Below are positions 28,477 through 38,277 of a DNA stretch of 64,000 bases, in pieces. The stretch is from a bacterium. GTDB lineage: Bacteria > Electryoneota > Electryoneia > Electryoneales > Electryoneaceae. The translations under genes were made by a program, and so were the position numbers. Below the pieces are notes generated by a model that was given only the letters and a program-made list of their open reading frames with translations, was not told the DNA's origin and ran no database searches. Where the stretch lies: assembly GCA_963669175.1 (NCBI GenBank), contig OY769902.1:4505081-4569080 (forward strand), given 5' to 3'. Positions within the stretch are counted from its first letter, which is position 1. Every line of letters begins with the position of its first letter.

Positions 28477-28740
28477 TCATGAAAGAATGACGGTTTTATG
28501 ATGGTAATAATAATTGCGTACTGATTCTTCTCCGTTGTCTGATCGTTTTCCCGGAATAGAGCTTATCCGATACCTGGCCGTTGAGCGTTTATTATTGGCA
28601 AGTTGAGTTGCAACAGTTAAAGTACTTTCACAATTCATGTTCCGCAACTCAGTAATAATTCTTATGTTTTCAAGTTCACCTCCTTGCACTTTATTTTCTG
28701 TCACATTAATTGACTGGAGTTCCCCCGAAAAAGTGGACAT
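28477..28740 (-). CDS. hypothetical small protein (87 aa)
   Basis: ORF only. No motifs. Confidence 0.2.
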   Translation of the reverse strand: MSTFSGELQSINVTENKVQGGELENIRIITELRNMNCESTLTVATQLANNKRSTARYRISSIPGKRSDNGEESVRNYYYHHKTVILS

Positions 28741-28782
28741 GTAGTTAAGGATTGTTGAACTGCTTTTCGAACTCGTATGGGG

Positions 28783-29009
28783 TCAGGTACTCGTGCCTCG
28801 TTAAAATTCCATCCGCTTTACCGGCACTGAGTTTTGCGATTCCGGAAGGTATACGTAACGCCCAGATAATTCAACCTTTTACGCAACTGGCCCATATTTT
28901 TCCTAATTCCCACAGTGATTTCTTCATCCGACTCGACTAGAATTTGCTTGCCTTTTGAAGTTTCCACCTGGGGTTCCCGCACGGATTGCATTTTGACGAG
29001 GGACAAGTG
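28783..29009 (+). mobile_element. roughly 225-bp MITE derived from the IS481-like family (both terminal repeats, no ORF)
   Basis: Left end GTGCCTCGTTAAAATTCC resembles the IS left TIR. The rest is about 85 % identical to 15580-15800 and ends ...CGCACGGATTGCATTTTGACGAGGGACA. Confidence 0.5.
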
Positions 29010-29494
29010 ATTTTACATCAGAGTATCAAACGGGTTTGATCGTTTTGCTGTTAACCAACGGGTATAGAAATTCTTAGAGTTTTTAGAGTCTGGCGTTTTA
29101 ACTGGTTTTAGACTCTATTTTCTGTTAATCAGAAAGTGGCTTATAAAACCCGTAAAAATTGTTAAAATCGCGAACTTATGAGAATTGGAAGGGAAGTAAG
29201 GATTTGATAATTGAACGGTTGGAAACTGTGCAGCACCTCGCAAAAGGGGCAGTAAACTAAAAACCCAGAAAGATTATAAGCAACATTCTGGGGTAGGTGC
29301 TCCCCAGAAAATCGCTTATAAAACTGACTCTATATTCAATAAAGTATTGTTATATATTACCATAGAACCGAGTTGTTTTAAACTTCAAATAAGTTAAATT
29401 ACTACTATTTGCAAATCTTCCCACGAATTTCCAACCGACCATTTCGCGCCAGTTCACCGCCTGTTCTAATAAACGAGGGTTTTTGCCTGGTGTT

Positions 29495-29523
29495 TTCAAC
29501 CGATTTTTTTTGACGAGGGACAC
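29495..29523 (+). repeat. diverged solo right-end repeat (GATTTTTTTTGACGAGGGACA)
   Basis: Same orientation as the end at 29009. Shares ...TTTTGACGAGGGACA and upstream CTGG..G similarity. Confidence 0.4.
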
Positions 29524-29540
29524 CTGTACGAAAAGCTCAT

Positions 29541-30692
29541 TTATGCACCGCCGATCGCTGCGTGCGGGAAGGTCGGTTTACGTTTCTGAAACGACAGAAT
29601 GCCGGGCTTTTGGATTACGCCCTCGTCGATATTAATCGCTTGTCGAATAGTTTCGTTTTCCTGCCAGCGTTCACCTCCTGAGATCACATCAGGCAGATGG
29701 ACCACGAGAGCCGCAGAGACAGAACGAGAAGCGCTTTCCCACAGATAGCTTGGTGTATGATCCACTGCGTAGTAGTCTGCTTTTCCAATCTTGAACATTG
29801 GTTTTTCAAACGAGGTTGGTTTGGCATTGTAGAATCCCATATTTTCATCGCAACTGACATCAATGATGAGGCAACCTGGTATTAGATCGAATATCTCATC
29901 TTCAGAGATGAACAGCATAGGATGGTCAGGATCCTGGAATGTTCCGTTTACAATGATTTCTGATTGACTGATCAGATCATGCAAGGGTTCCTCGCTCCCG
30001 TCGTGCTCTGTCAGCACCATTCGTGCTTCCCCGTCTCTGCCTTCACGAATACGTACATATTCACAATCAAGCACTTCTTCCCGTACTTCCTGGTCGGGAC
30101 GGAAAATACAAATGGTGATATCTCTGAACCCGCGCGCTTTGAGAGCGTATATGGCTCCACGACTTACCGCACCGAAACTGAAGATAACAGATTTACGCTG
30201 GTTTCCGTAGTGTCCATCGATCCCTTTCAGTTGCAGGGCATGCAGTACTGCACAATAGCCGGCCATTTCATTGTTTTTATAAAATGTGTGGCGGCCCATC
30301 TCTCCATTGGAACTCCAGACATACATGTCCTCGAAGGCAATAAGTGTCTGCTTACGATCGATGGCGGCCTGGGTTATATCCCATTGTTGCACGCAGTGCG
30401 GCCATCCCCAGAGGATTCCACCTTCGCGCAGCTCCTGCAAATCTGCTAATACCGGCTTGGGCAGGATCACCCGCCCGATGTCGGCCAACAGTTCATGACG
30501 TGTGGCAATACCGCCTGTCTGAGCAGCAATCTCCGCGTCTTCTATACCCAGTGGCCTCCCGTAGCCCTCCTCAAAAATCAGTTGCCGACGCACCTTTTCA
30601 GGAAGACGCCCCAAGTGATCTGGATGGATTGGAATTCGCCGCTCATCTTCTTTTCGTGACGTACCGATAACTCCAAATGTATCGTTGTTCAT
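29541..30692 (-). CDS. alanine-dehydrogenase/PNT-fold protein (N5-(1-carboxyethyl)ornithine synthase / saccharopine-DH-like)
   Basis: AlaDh_PNT-like N-terminal domain and a Rossmann segment (VIFSFGAVSRGAIYAL) at typical spacing. 383 aa. Confidence 0.55.
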   Translation of the reverse strand: MNNDTFGVIGTSRKEDERRIPIHPDHLGRLPEKVRRQLIFEEGYGRPLGIEDAEIAAQTGGIATRHELLADIGRVILPKPVLADLQELREGGILWGWPHCVQQWDITQAAIDRKQTLIAFEDMYVWSSNGEMGRHTFYKNNEMAGYCAVLHALQLKGIDGHYGNQRKSVIFSFGAVSRGAIYALKARGFRDITICIFRPDQEVREEVLDCEYVRIREGRDGEARMVLTEHDGSEEPLHDLISQSEIIVNGTFQDPDHPMLFISEDEIFDLIPGCLIIDVSCDENMGFYNAKPTSFEKPMFKIGKADYYAVDHTPSYLWESASRSVSAALVVHLPDVISGGERWQENETIRQAINIDEGVIQKPGILSFQKRKPTFPHAAIGGA

Positions 30693-30739
30693 GTCTTTTC
30701 CTTATCGTTGTGTTCACAGGTACTGCAGGCAGTAAAACA

Positions 30740-32170
30740 TTAATGATATTGAACAGAATCAACTATGTGCTGGTGCGATTGCACTCGTGATACAGGTTGC
30801 GGTCCGTTTGCCCTCGGGTTCTTGAAATTTTCATAGGCAATCGTATCTAACCGTAGGTTCCTTCTGAAAGACAGGTTTCCGATAAGTGAGATAAGCGGTT
30901 GACGCCGATGCCAAAAGCTATCCCATACTCGCCCGAATACCCTCGGAATGGAATTGAAATAGTGGTTGCACTGGGTCATCTCGCTCATGACTTCTTCTTC
31001 AGAAAAGTGCTTGTACTTTGCCACTGGTAGGCTAAGAGTGTAATATTGCCAATCTTCAGGGTAGTTGTTTCTGGCGATTCGCCCATCATTGACCATCTGG
31101 TCCCAGAGACGAGTGCCAGGCAAAGGGGTTAAGAATAGTGCGTTAAGCATGTCCACCGAGTACTGTTGGGCAGTTTTCGCAATGAGTACACCAATTCCGG
31201 GTTTATCTACATCCAGGCCAATGATAAAGGACCCGACAACCAGGATTTTATGTTTCTGGATTCGCTTCACGGAAGCTCTGAAATCCCTGTTCTTCTGCAG
31301 ATTAAACCGTTTACCAATTTCTTTGAGTCCTTCAGGTGATGGCGTTTCAAATCCAATGAATACCCCCTTGCATCCAGCCTTCTCTGCCAGGGTCAGCAGT
31401 TCCTCGTCATCCGCAAAATTGATCGTAGCCTGCGATACCCACTCTTTCCCAAGGTTTGCGTCCGCGAGGGCTCGGAATAATTTTTTGGCCCGATTAATAT
31501 GTTCCTTCCGTGTGCCAATCAGGTTGTCATCAACCACCAGGATTCGCTTTTCACGGATCTGGCTGAACTCCTGTACGACATCCTCGATCGGTCTGTGCCG
31601 ATAGTGAGCGCCGTTGAAGGCAGTTACACTGCAGAAACTGCAGTTCAGAGGACAGCCGCGAGTTGTTTGAATCGCCCCGAATGCGTATGCAGGTGGCAGC
31701 AAGTCATGCCGTGCCGGAGGTTGGCTCATCAGATCATTGCTTTTGCCGTCGTACATCCTCATCAATCTGCCTTGATTCGCATCAGCTAATACTTCGCCCC
31801 AGACAGATTCGGCCTCACCGGTGACAACCGAATCAACATGCTCGAGAGCCTCATCTAAGCACATGGTCGCATGAATACCGCCCATGACCACGGGAATACC
31901 CTGTTGCATGAAAAGATCTGCGATCTCATAAGCCCTATTGGCTTGAGAGGTAAAGGCAGTAATACCGACCAGGTCCGGTGGAGGCAGAGTGGAATAGTCT
32001 GGAATGTTCAGGTTTTCGTCCACAATAGTGATTTCCCATTCGGCAGGGGTCAAACCAGCAAGAACCATAAGACTGAGGGGCTTCCACACCCGGTATTGGT
32101 TCCACCGGCTCTTCTTCGTATTGACAATGCTGACAATGGGATTAGAGGGATTTATGAGGTACAATCGCAT
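30740..32170 (-). CDS. B12-binding-domain radical SAM enzyme
   Basis: N-terminal B12-like domain. Canonical CPLNCSFCS (CxxxCxxC) radical-SAM cluster motif. 476 aa. Confidence 0.8.
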   Translation of the reverse strand: MRLYLINPSNPIVSIVNTKKSRWNQYRVWKPLSLMVLAGLTPAEWEITIVDENLNIPDYSTLPPPDLVGITAFTSQANRAYEIADLFMQQGIPVVMGGIHATMCLDEALEHVDSVVTGEAESVWGEVLADANQGRLMRMYDGKSNDLMSQPPARHDLLPPAYAFGAIQTTRGCPLNCSFCSVTAFNGAHYRHRPIEDVVQEFSQIREKRILVVDDNLIGTRKEHINRAKKLFRALADANLGKEWVSQATINFADDEELLTLAEKAGCKGVFIGFETPSPEGLKEIGKRFNLQKNRDFRASVKRIQKHKILVVGSFIIGLDVDKPGIGVLIAKTAQQYSVDMLNALFLTPLPGTRLWDQMVNDGRIARNNYPEDWQYYTLSLPVAKYKHFSEEEVMSEMTQCNHYFNSIPRVFGRVWDSFWHRRQPLISLIGNLSFRRNLRLDTIAYENFKNPRANGPQPVSRVQSHQHIVDSVQYH

Positions 32171-32275
32171 CTTGAACGCCCTTTGTTAGGTTCACACTCT
32201 TGACTTTTTTTAAGCACATCCTTAAAGCACTAAACTGAAATATGAGGGAATCTGATATCCAGTTTTCGTATTCCA

Positions 32276-33163
32276 TTATCCAACAACCACCTGATTCTTG
32301 CCGTTTCGTTTTGCCTTGTAAAGTGCACGATCAGCGTTTTCGATGAACTCTTCTGTGGTAATTCTTTCTTTATAAGAGGAAATCCCCAAACTAATCGTTA
32401 TGCAAAATTCACCGCATTTTATTTTCATTGTTTCTTCTCTGATTCTTTCTGCAATTGCTAAAATTTCATTCGTATCATCTGCAAATGGAAGAATGGCCAG
32501 AAACTCCTCACCTCCAAAGCGACAGCAGATATCCGAATCTCTTACCTGGTTGAGGATTGTATTTGCAAGTTCTATTAAAACCCGATCCCCCTCCTGATGG
32601 CCAAACCTGTCATTTACCAATTTAAAATCATCTATATCTATCATAAGTACACTTAAACCTTTACCATAACGGCGATGATTTCTGATCTCAATCGTCAGAA
32701 TTTCATAGCAGCTTGTATGGTTATAAAGGCCAGTCATTCCATCCTTCATGGAAAGATTAGCCAACTCAGAGACATGTGCTTCGGAGATTAATGTCGGTGA
32801 AATAAATTTGGTTTTTATGTTCGATAGATAGTCCAGGGTAGCGACAGTGATGGTGACAGGTCTGCAAAGCTGATCTATCATCATCTTTTTATGCGCGAGT
32901 ACCTTATTCCAAAGCTCTTCAGCAATATTTGGCGCGAAATAGTGGTGTGAAAGCGTATAGAACAAGTCGGAATAGAAGCTATCACCTCGTAGCTTTTTCT
33001 GCTTTGCAATCAGAGCTTTTTCCTTAATGGACATTTCACGGTCACCAGCATATGCAGAGACGATCTCAATACCGATCACATCTGACGAGAGAGTGCGACG
33101 AAGGCGATCGGCCTCACTTTCGTGCTTGGAATGATCCCCACCAGTATTATCGTTCCCAACCAT
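32276..33163 (-). CDS. GGDEF-domain diguanylate cyclase
   Basis: RFGGEEF active site. DIDDFKLVNDRFGHQEGD. Confidence 0.8.
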   Translation of the reverse strand: MVGNDNTGGDHSKHESEADRLRRTLSSDVIGIEIVSAYAGDREMSIKEKALIAKQKKLRGDSFYSDLFYTLSHHYFAPNIAEELWNKVLAHKKMMIDQLCRPVTITVATLDYLSNIKTKFISPTLISEAHVSELANLSMKDGMTGLYNHTSCYEILTIEIRNHRRYGKGLSVLMIDIDDFKLVNDRFGHQEGDRVLIELANTILNQVRDSDICCRFGGEEFLAILPFADDTNEILAIAERIREETMKIKCGEFCITISLGISSYKERITTEEFIENADRALYKAKRNGKNQVVVG

Positions 33164-33308
33164 AGGAATTTCTCCTTGAACTCCAGATTAGTGTGAAGAA
33201 TAAGTTCATGAACATTCCAAAAACGCTGTTATTTTTTGGATTATCTGAATATCACTCTTTACCGATAGCAACCATACGCGCTTACCTCGAAGCAGCCTTT
33301 TAGAACAC

Positions 33309-33896
33309 TTAATTACCATGATCTTCTTTGGAATTATCATCACTTACCGGCAGTGAGGCGGATTTTTTTCTAAATATGAACCAGATCCCAGTAACAATCG
33401 GTAGAATCGGCCACCATATGAGTACATCGTTCAGTCCCCCCCACTTTATCCAGCCATATTCCACGACAAGCATGAAAAAACCAGCCGCGAAAAGAATGAT
33501 TCCTGGATTCCAGTTTCTCTGTCGCTCTCGCTTCAAGATCGGTAAAATCAATAATGAGACACTCAACGCAAGGATTACCAGCGGCCAGTTGCGTGAGACC
33601 CCACCACGGATCCAGTCGTTACCATCCGCCAGGAAAATCAATCCCAGTAACACGAGAAATAATCCAGGGAGCAAACCGGAAGTGTTTCGACTTAGCCATG
33701 ATCCTGCCAGGCTTGAGCCGCCAAGAACCATCAGGATCAAAGGCCAGGTGATCTCAATCAACCCAAACTGTTTGACTAGAAACAGGATCCCGAGAAGAAC
33801 GAGTGCTAGACCAAAGGCGATACGGCTTCTGTTCGGCCGTACCCGCGAAGCTGGTTTCGCATCGGTGATATGGATGGCATGTTGTTCGATTGGCAT
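33309..33896 (-). CDS. hypothetical integral membrane protein (four to five TM helices)
   Basis: Hydrophobicity pattern only. Confidence 0.4.
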   Translation of the reverse strand: MPIEQHAIHITDAKPASRVRPNRSRIAFGLALVLLGILFLVKQFGLIEITWPLILMVLGGSSLAGSWLSRNTSGLLPGLFLVLLGLIFLADGNDWIRGGVSRNWPLVILALSVSLLILPILKRERQRNWNPGIILFAAGFFMLVVEYGWIKWGGLNDVLIWWPILPIVTGIWFIFRKKSASLPVSDDNSKEDHGN

Positions 33897-34090
33897 GGTA
33901 CACCTCTTGTTAAAAAGTTACTCCCGAGCACTTTGCTGCGGGAAATTGGTTCATGTGCACCATCGAGGTCGATCGTTCTGTGACCATTCGCAGTGCCATG
34001 GGTTACACTCAGTTTAGTCCATCCCCAGTGCAAGCCAGGGTGCCAAAAGTGTTTGGCCGCCCAGACCGATTACCAGGAAAGAACGTCAAG

Positions 34091-35170
34091 CTACTTCAAC
34101 AAAGCCATTTTGCTCGTAGCGCTGATGTTATTCGCCTTCATGCGAACGTAATAGATACCGCTCGGTTGCTGTGCTGCATTCCACGTGGTGCGATAACTTC
34201 CGGCTTCCATTGCTTGATCTACCAGGATTGCGATTTCATTGCCAAGTACATCATAAACAGCGATGGTCACATTGGATTGAATCGCCAGCTCGAAGGAAAT
34301 CTCGGTATTGGGATTAAATGGATTCGGGTAGTTCTGACCGAGAGAGAATTGAGCGGGGATCGCGTCGCCTGGTCCATCAACGTCACCCGTCGTTCTCGGA
34401 CGGGTGACGGTACTTGCATCGAGGGTGACCGCGGCAATACTTGCCAATAGCCTTCCTTCTATATTGGCGCCGGTATTGAGCGATATGGATTGGTCCGCCA
34501 TGATGGTGCATTTGAAGATGCAATCCGTTCCAAGGGTGGCAGAGGTGCCGACCTGCCAGAAAATATTTTCCGCCAGCGCGCCGCCTGCGAGAATTACCTG
34601 GACGCCATTCGCCACGTCGAGGTCGGATTCAATCTGAAAAATCCAGACATCTGTTTCGTTGCCCGAGAGGGTGACATCGGATCCGGCGATTGACGCAGTG
34701 CTGGTGAACCTGTATAAGCCCGGAACCAGTGTCATCCCGCCAATATTGCCGACACCCGGATTGAGGAATTCACCCACCGGGACAGGCGTCCGAGAAGCCG
34801 CATCGTTGTAGGCGATGGTCAAGTCACCCTTGGCAGCTGTCAGCAGCTCAGTGGCAATCACAGAGCCTACGGGCCCACTCGCATCAACCGTGTAGATAAA
34901 CCCGTCAACTTCCAAAGATGTCAATCCTGTGATCTCGCTTCCGGTTGCCGGGCTCAACCCTACGTTCCCGATGATTTCCGATGTCGGAATACTCGAGATC
35001 AACGAAGCGGCGAGGACGCTAAATCCATCTGCTTCGCCAAGAGGTACTGGTGCTTGTGGCGGCTGTGCGAATGCCATGACTGACATGATCAACGCTACTG
35101 CCAGAACCACAGCGCAGAGGCTGTTCCTCAAGCTGTAATCGTCCACGAAAGTTGTAGTTGGTTTTATCAT
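34091..35170 (-). CDS. secreted ice-binding-like (DUF3494) protein with T9SS C-terminal sorting domain
   Basis: Signal peptide. DUF3494-like N-terminal block. C-terminal LGQNYPNPFNPNTEISFEL...GIYYVRM typical of Por/T9SS CTDs. Confidence 0.6.
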   Translation of the reverse strand: MIKPTTTFVDDYSLRNSLCAVVLAVALIMSVMAFAQPPQAPVPLGEADGFSVLAASLISSIPTSEIIGNVGLSPATGSEITGLTSLEVDGFIYTVDASGPVGSVIATELLTAAKGDLTIAYNDAASRTPVPVGEFLNPGVGNIGGMTLVPGLYRFTSTASIAGSDVTLSGNETDVWIFQIESDLDVANGVQVILAGGALAENIFWQVGTSATLGTDCIFKCTIMADQSISLNTGANIEGRLLASIAAVTLDASTVTRPRTTGDVDGPGDAIPAQFSLGQNYPNPFNPNTEISFELAIQSNVTIAVYDVLGNEIAILVDQAMEAGSYRTTWNAAQQPSGIYYVRMKANNISATSKMALLK

Positions 35171-35504
35171 ACTTTCTCCGTCACTACTTCACCTGCATGT
35201 ACAGCAAATTCTGGTTTATGTCCTCATGCGATATCGTCATTGCATCAATTGGCTTCCTAAGAGCCATGATACCGCAATGAACTGTTCTGCCTGTTAAGAA
35301 TTTCCGATAGTATGGCCTATCGGAAAGCAGATGTAGTCGTGTCATGTCTTTTCACTCAAACACCAATTGCAATCAGATCCTCGGATCGAGATAGAAGTAA
35401 AAGTCGATGACAACCTGGCTGATCATGTGATGTCACCAAGCATTTCAAGACAAAGAACAGGTCACAGGCATCAATAGACTTTCCATCGACTGGTTCTGAC
35501 TGTT

Positions 35505-37154
35505 CTACCGTTTCGTCGCTGAAACACTACCCTTTGGCGACGAGTCGTTAACGATCAATAAATCAATCCTGCGGTTCTCGCCACGTCCTTCAGCAGTCTC
35601 GTTGCTTGCCACGGGCTCTTCCTCGCCACGTCCTTCTGCCGTAAGACGGTTTATATTGATCCCGCCAACGGTCGATAGAAAACCGACAACACTTTGTGCA
35701 CGTGCCGCAGAAAGTTCCAGGTTACGCTTGTCGCTTCCTATCTCGTCTGTATGCCCGATGATCAAAACTGTGCTTTCAGGAAACGTATTGATTGCCGACA
35801 CAACCTTGTTGAGCAAGGCATAGTTGGCGGATTCCACTTCGAACTTGCCTGGTTTGAAGTTGAATCCCTTCAGTCGAATCAATACGTTTTCACCCTGCCG
35901 AAAGACCACAGCTTCCTCTTTACTGAAAAGGTGCTGAGTCTGCGTAAAACGCTCCTGGGCACGATGTTCCCGCCTCTGCATTTCTGCTTGGGCCAGGGCC
36001 TGTGCTGACAGTCGCTCCTGGAGTGAAGCAACTTGCTCGGCAGCGTCTATCTTGGCCTGATTCAATCGTGTTGCGTTTCCACTGTTCAAGGCTGCGAGCT
36101 GACTCTCGTGAATCCTGAGAATTCTCTGCAACGCTTCCTCGTGAGCACGTTGTTGGGTTTCGATGTCGCTTTCCAGCTGCAAAGCCCTTTGCTGTGAAAT
36201 CTGATTGGTGTTGCGTATGTCCTCCATGACAGACTTCAGGGCCAGTGCATCGCCACGAAGCGCTGAAATGACCTTGGCGTTAGACTGGTCAAAGGGAAGC
36301 GTATCATCCCGAAGCGCATTGCGAACGAGCTGGAGCTGATTCTGGTACCAAAGCAGACGGTCCTCGTTCGAAAAATCCTGGGATTCGAAATACTTGATCA
36401 GAACAGTAATCTCGCGCGCCTGGTTCGCTAACCACGTTGCCTGATGGGCATGGGTGTTACTCTCTTCAACGCGTGTACGGTCGGCGTCAAGGATTGACAG
36501 AGCGAGTTTAAGTTCCTCACGAGCGTATTGAAGCGTCTTGGGAGCATAAGCATCCGCATCGGCCTCTTCAGCAGCCAAAACTGCCTTTTCGGCAACCGCC
36601 ACTGTTCCAGTTTTTAGCGCAGAAAGCTCCAGTGATGCATACATTTCAATCAGCGCCGACCGTTTCTTGCGCGCACTTCCGGTTTCACCTTGCTCAAGCA
36701 ATCGTGCAACAGCGCGAAAACCATCATCTGCAACTTCAAATTTTTTCGCGAACAGAAAATTGGCGCCTTGCAGGTTTGCTCGGGTCCGGATGTCGAGCAC
36801 TTCCTGCATTTCCAAGCGATTACTTGCAATCGTCTCGTTCAATTTCCGGAGGTTGTCCAGTCCGCGCTGAGCAGCCTCGTTAGCTTGAGTTTTGTCCGCT
36901 TTACGCGCAAAGTTGAATGCCTGGTCCAAATCCCGCTGGGTCTCCGCGAATAAGAGCGGTGCGAGTAAAGCACCGTCTCTGCCACGTGTGTCCTCCAGCC
37001 CGTCGCTAAGCTGCGCAACAGCAGTATATTGACGGACCACGTCTTGTCGGGTCAGGCTCATCGTGGCGCACCCATTCAGAAGGGCGCCCCAAAGGGTTAC
37101 ACCAATGAGCATGATCAGCATTTGGGAGATGCCAGCTCTCGATAACCTTTTCAT
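35505..37154 (-). CDS. OmpA-family protein with long coiled-coil region
   Basis: C-terminal OmpA-like peptidoglycan-binding motif (GHTDEIGSDKRNLELSAARAQSV). Signal peptide. About 400 aa predicted coiled coil. Confidence 0.7.
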   Translation of the reverse strand: MKRLSRAGISQMLIMLIGVTLWGALLNGCATMSLTRQDVVRQYTAVAQLSDGLEDTRGRDGALLAPLLFAETQRDLDQAFNFARKADKTQANEAAQRGLDNLRKLNETIASNRLEMQEVLDIRTRANLQGANFLFAKKFEVADDGFRAVARLLEQGETGSARKKRSALIEMYASLELSALKTGTVAVAEKAVLAAEEADADAYAPKTLQYAREELKLALSILDADRTRVEESNTHAHQATWLANQAREITVLIKYFESQDFSNEDRLLWYQNQLQLVRNALRDDTLPFDQSNAKVISALRGDALALKSVMEDIRNTNQISQQRALQLESDIETQQRAHEEALQRILRIHESQLAALNSGNATRLNQAKIDAAEQVASLQERLSAQALAQAEMQRREHRAQERFTQTQHLFSKEEAVVFRQGENVLIRLKGFNFKPGKFEVESANYALLNKVVSAINTFPESTVLIIGHTDEIGSDKRNLELSAARAQSVVGFLSTVGGININRLTAEGRGEEEPVASNETAEGRGENRRIDLLIVNDSSPKGSVSATKR

Positions 37155-37336
37155 CTTTTCTTCTCCTTGTTTGCTACTTCTACGTATGATAAGGCTGGCA
37201 ACAAGACGTTGCCGGTCTCAAATACCTGATGCTGGTTCGCGAAAACACCCCGCACCGTTTTTGTGTGTGTTGGCAGCGCCTTGCTGTCAACAGTTCAAAC
37301 CTTTTCAAACAACTTCTATTAATGCATAAAGTGTTG

Positions 37337-37825
37337 TCAGAACATCCAATGCACGCCTATTCCAAAGTCAAAATTGAAACCCGGTATCACACTTGCGCCT
37401 AGCTCTATATTCCATCCGATGGGAGGAAGAGATGCACTCAAACCGCGCCAATCGTACTCCACCCCAATGCCAACTCCCAAGCCCAATCCGTGATTGTTCT
37501 CATGCCACTTCTCATCGTCTTGCCATCCCCACGGGCTGGACTGTTCATCATTCCAGAGTCCCACAGTCCCTTGTCCGTAGGCATTCCAGAATTGTTTCTG
37601 GGTGAAACGACCCAGCACCCTGATTGCGACTGCATTGGCTCCAACATCAACGATACCCTGAAGCGCCAGGGGATTGGCAATTTCCATAACCCCACTGATC
37701 CCTGAAGCGAACTGCGCACCTTGCAGACCAAGACGGAACTTGCTGTCGTTGGCTTGAGAACTGCCCGTCAGGGCTATTGACAAGACAAGCGTGAAGAGAC
37801 TGATTATCATGCGTCTTTTTATCAT
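37337..37825 (-). CDS. small outer-membrane beta-barrel-like protein (signal peptide, C-terminal aromatic residue)
   Basis: Signal peptide. Alternating hydrophobic pattern. C-terminal ...GVHWMF. Confidence 0.4.
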   Translation of the reverse strand: MIKRRMIISLFTLVLSIALTGSSQANDSKFRLGLQGAQFASGISGVMEIANPLALQGIVDVGANAVAIRVLGRFTQKQFWNAYGQGTVGLWNDEQSSPWGWQDDEKWHENNHGLGLGVGIGVEYDWRGLSASLPPIGWNIELGASVIPGFNFDFGIGVHWMF

Positions 37826-37895
37826 CTTAACTTCCTCCTATCAGAATTTCTTTGCTTTGTTCATAACCTTTTTTGTTTGTATATTTTCCTTATTG

Positions 37896-38081
37896 TCATC
37901 TGAACAGATTTCTACTTCTAAAATAGCGGATCATTATAATAATAATGGCTGCTAATAAAAGTATATGAATATAACTGTGCATACTAAATGATGTTACAAG
38001 CCCAAAAGCCCATAATACCAGCAAAGTGATCGCGATAGCCAATAACATGATCTTTTCCTTTACAAAATGTTTTCGATGCAT
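37896..38081 (-). CDS. small membrane protein (61 aa)
   Basis: ORF with two hydrophobic helices. Confidence 0.2.
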   Translation of the reverse strand: MHRKHFVKEKIMLLAIAITLLVLWAFGLVTSFSMHSYIHILLLAAIIIIMIRYFRSRNLFR

Positions 38082-38277
38082 GAATGTACATCAACAGCAT
38101 TCATAAGCGTTATCAGTCTGCCATACGCAATTCTGCAAGACGCGCATGAATTATCTACAGTCGCTCAGCCTGCTTCTAACGGTATAATACTTTTCGAAGT
38201 AATTGCATATTATCCATAACCAGTTCACGCAATCCTCGCGTTAAACGTTGATAAAAACAGATAAATAGAAATCATCG

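Noticed and set aside
29010-29540. AT-rich ORF-free region inspected for CRISPR repeats or an rRNA/tRNA gene
   Set aside because: No regularly spaced direct repeats of 20 bp or more and no recognisable tRNA T-arm/anticodon structure. Only short scattered repeats.
33328-34017. 229-aa plus-strand ORF
   Set aside because: Antisense to the multi-TM membrane protein gene. Pro/Arg-rich low-complexity translation. No start context.
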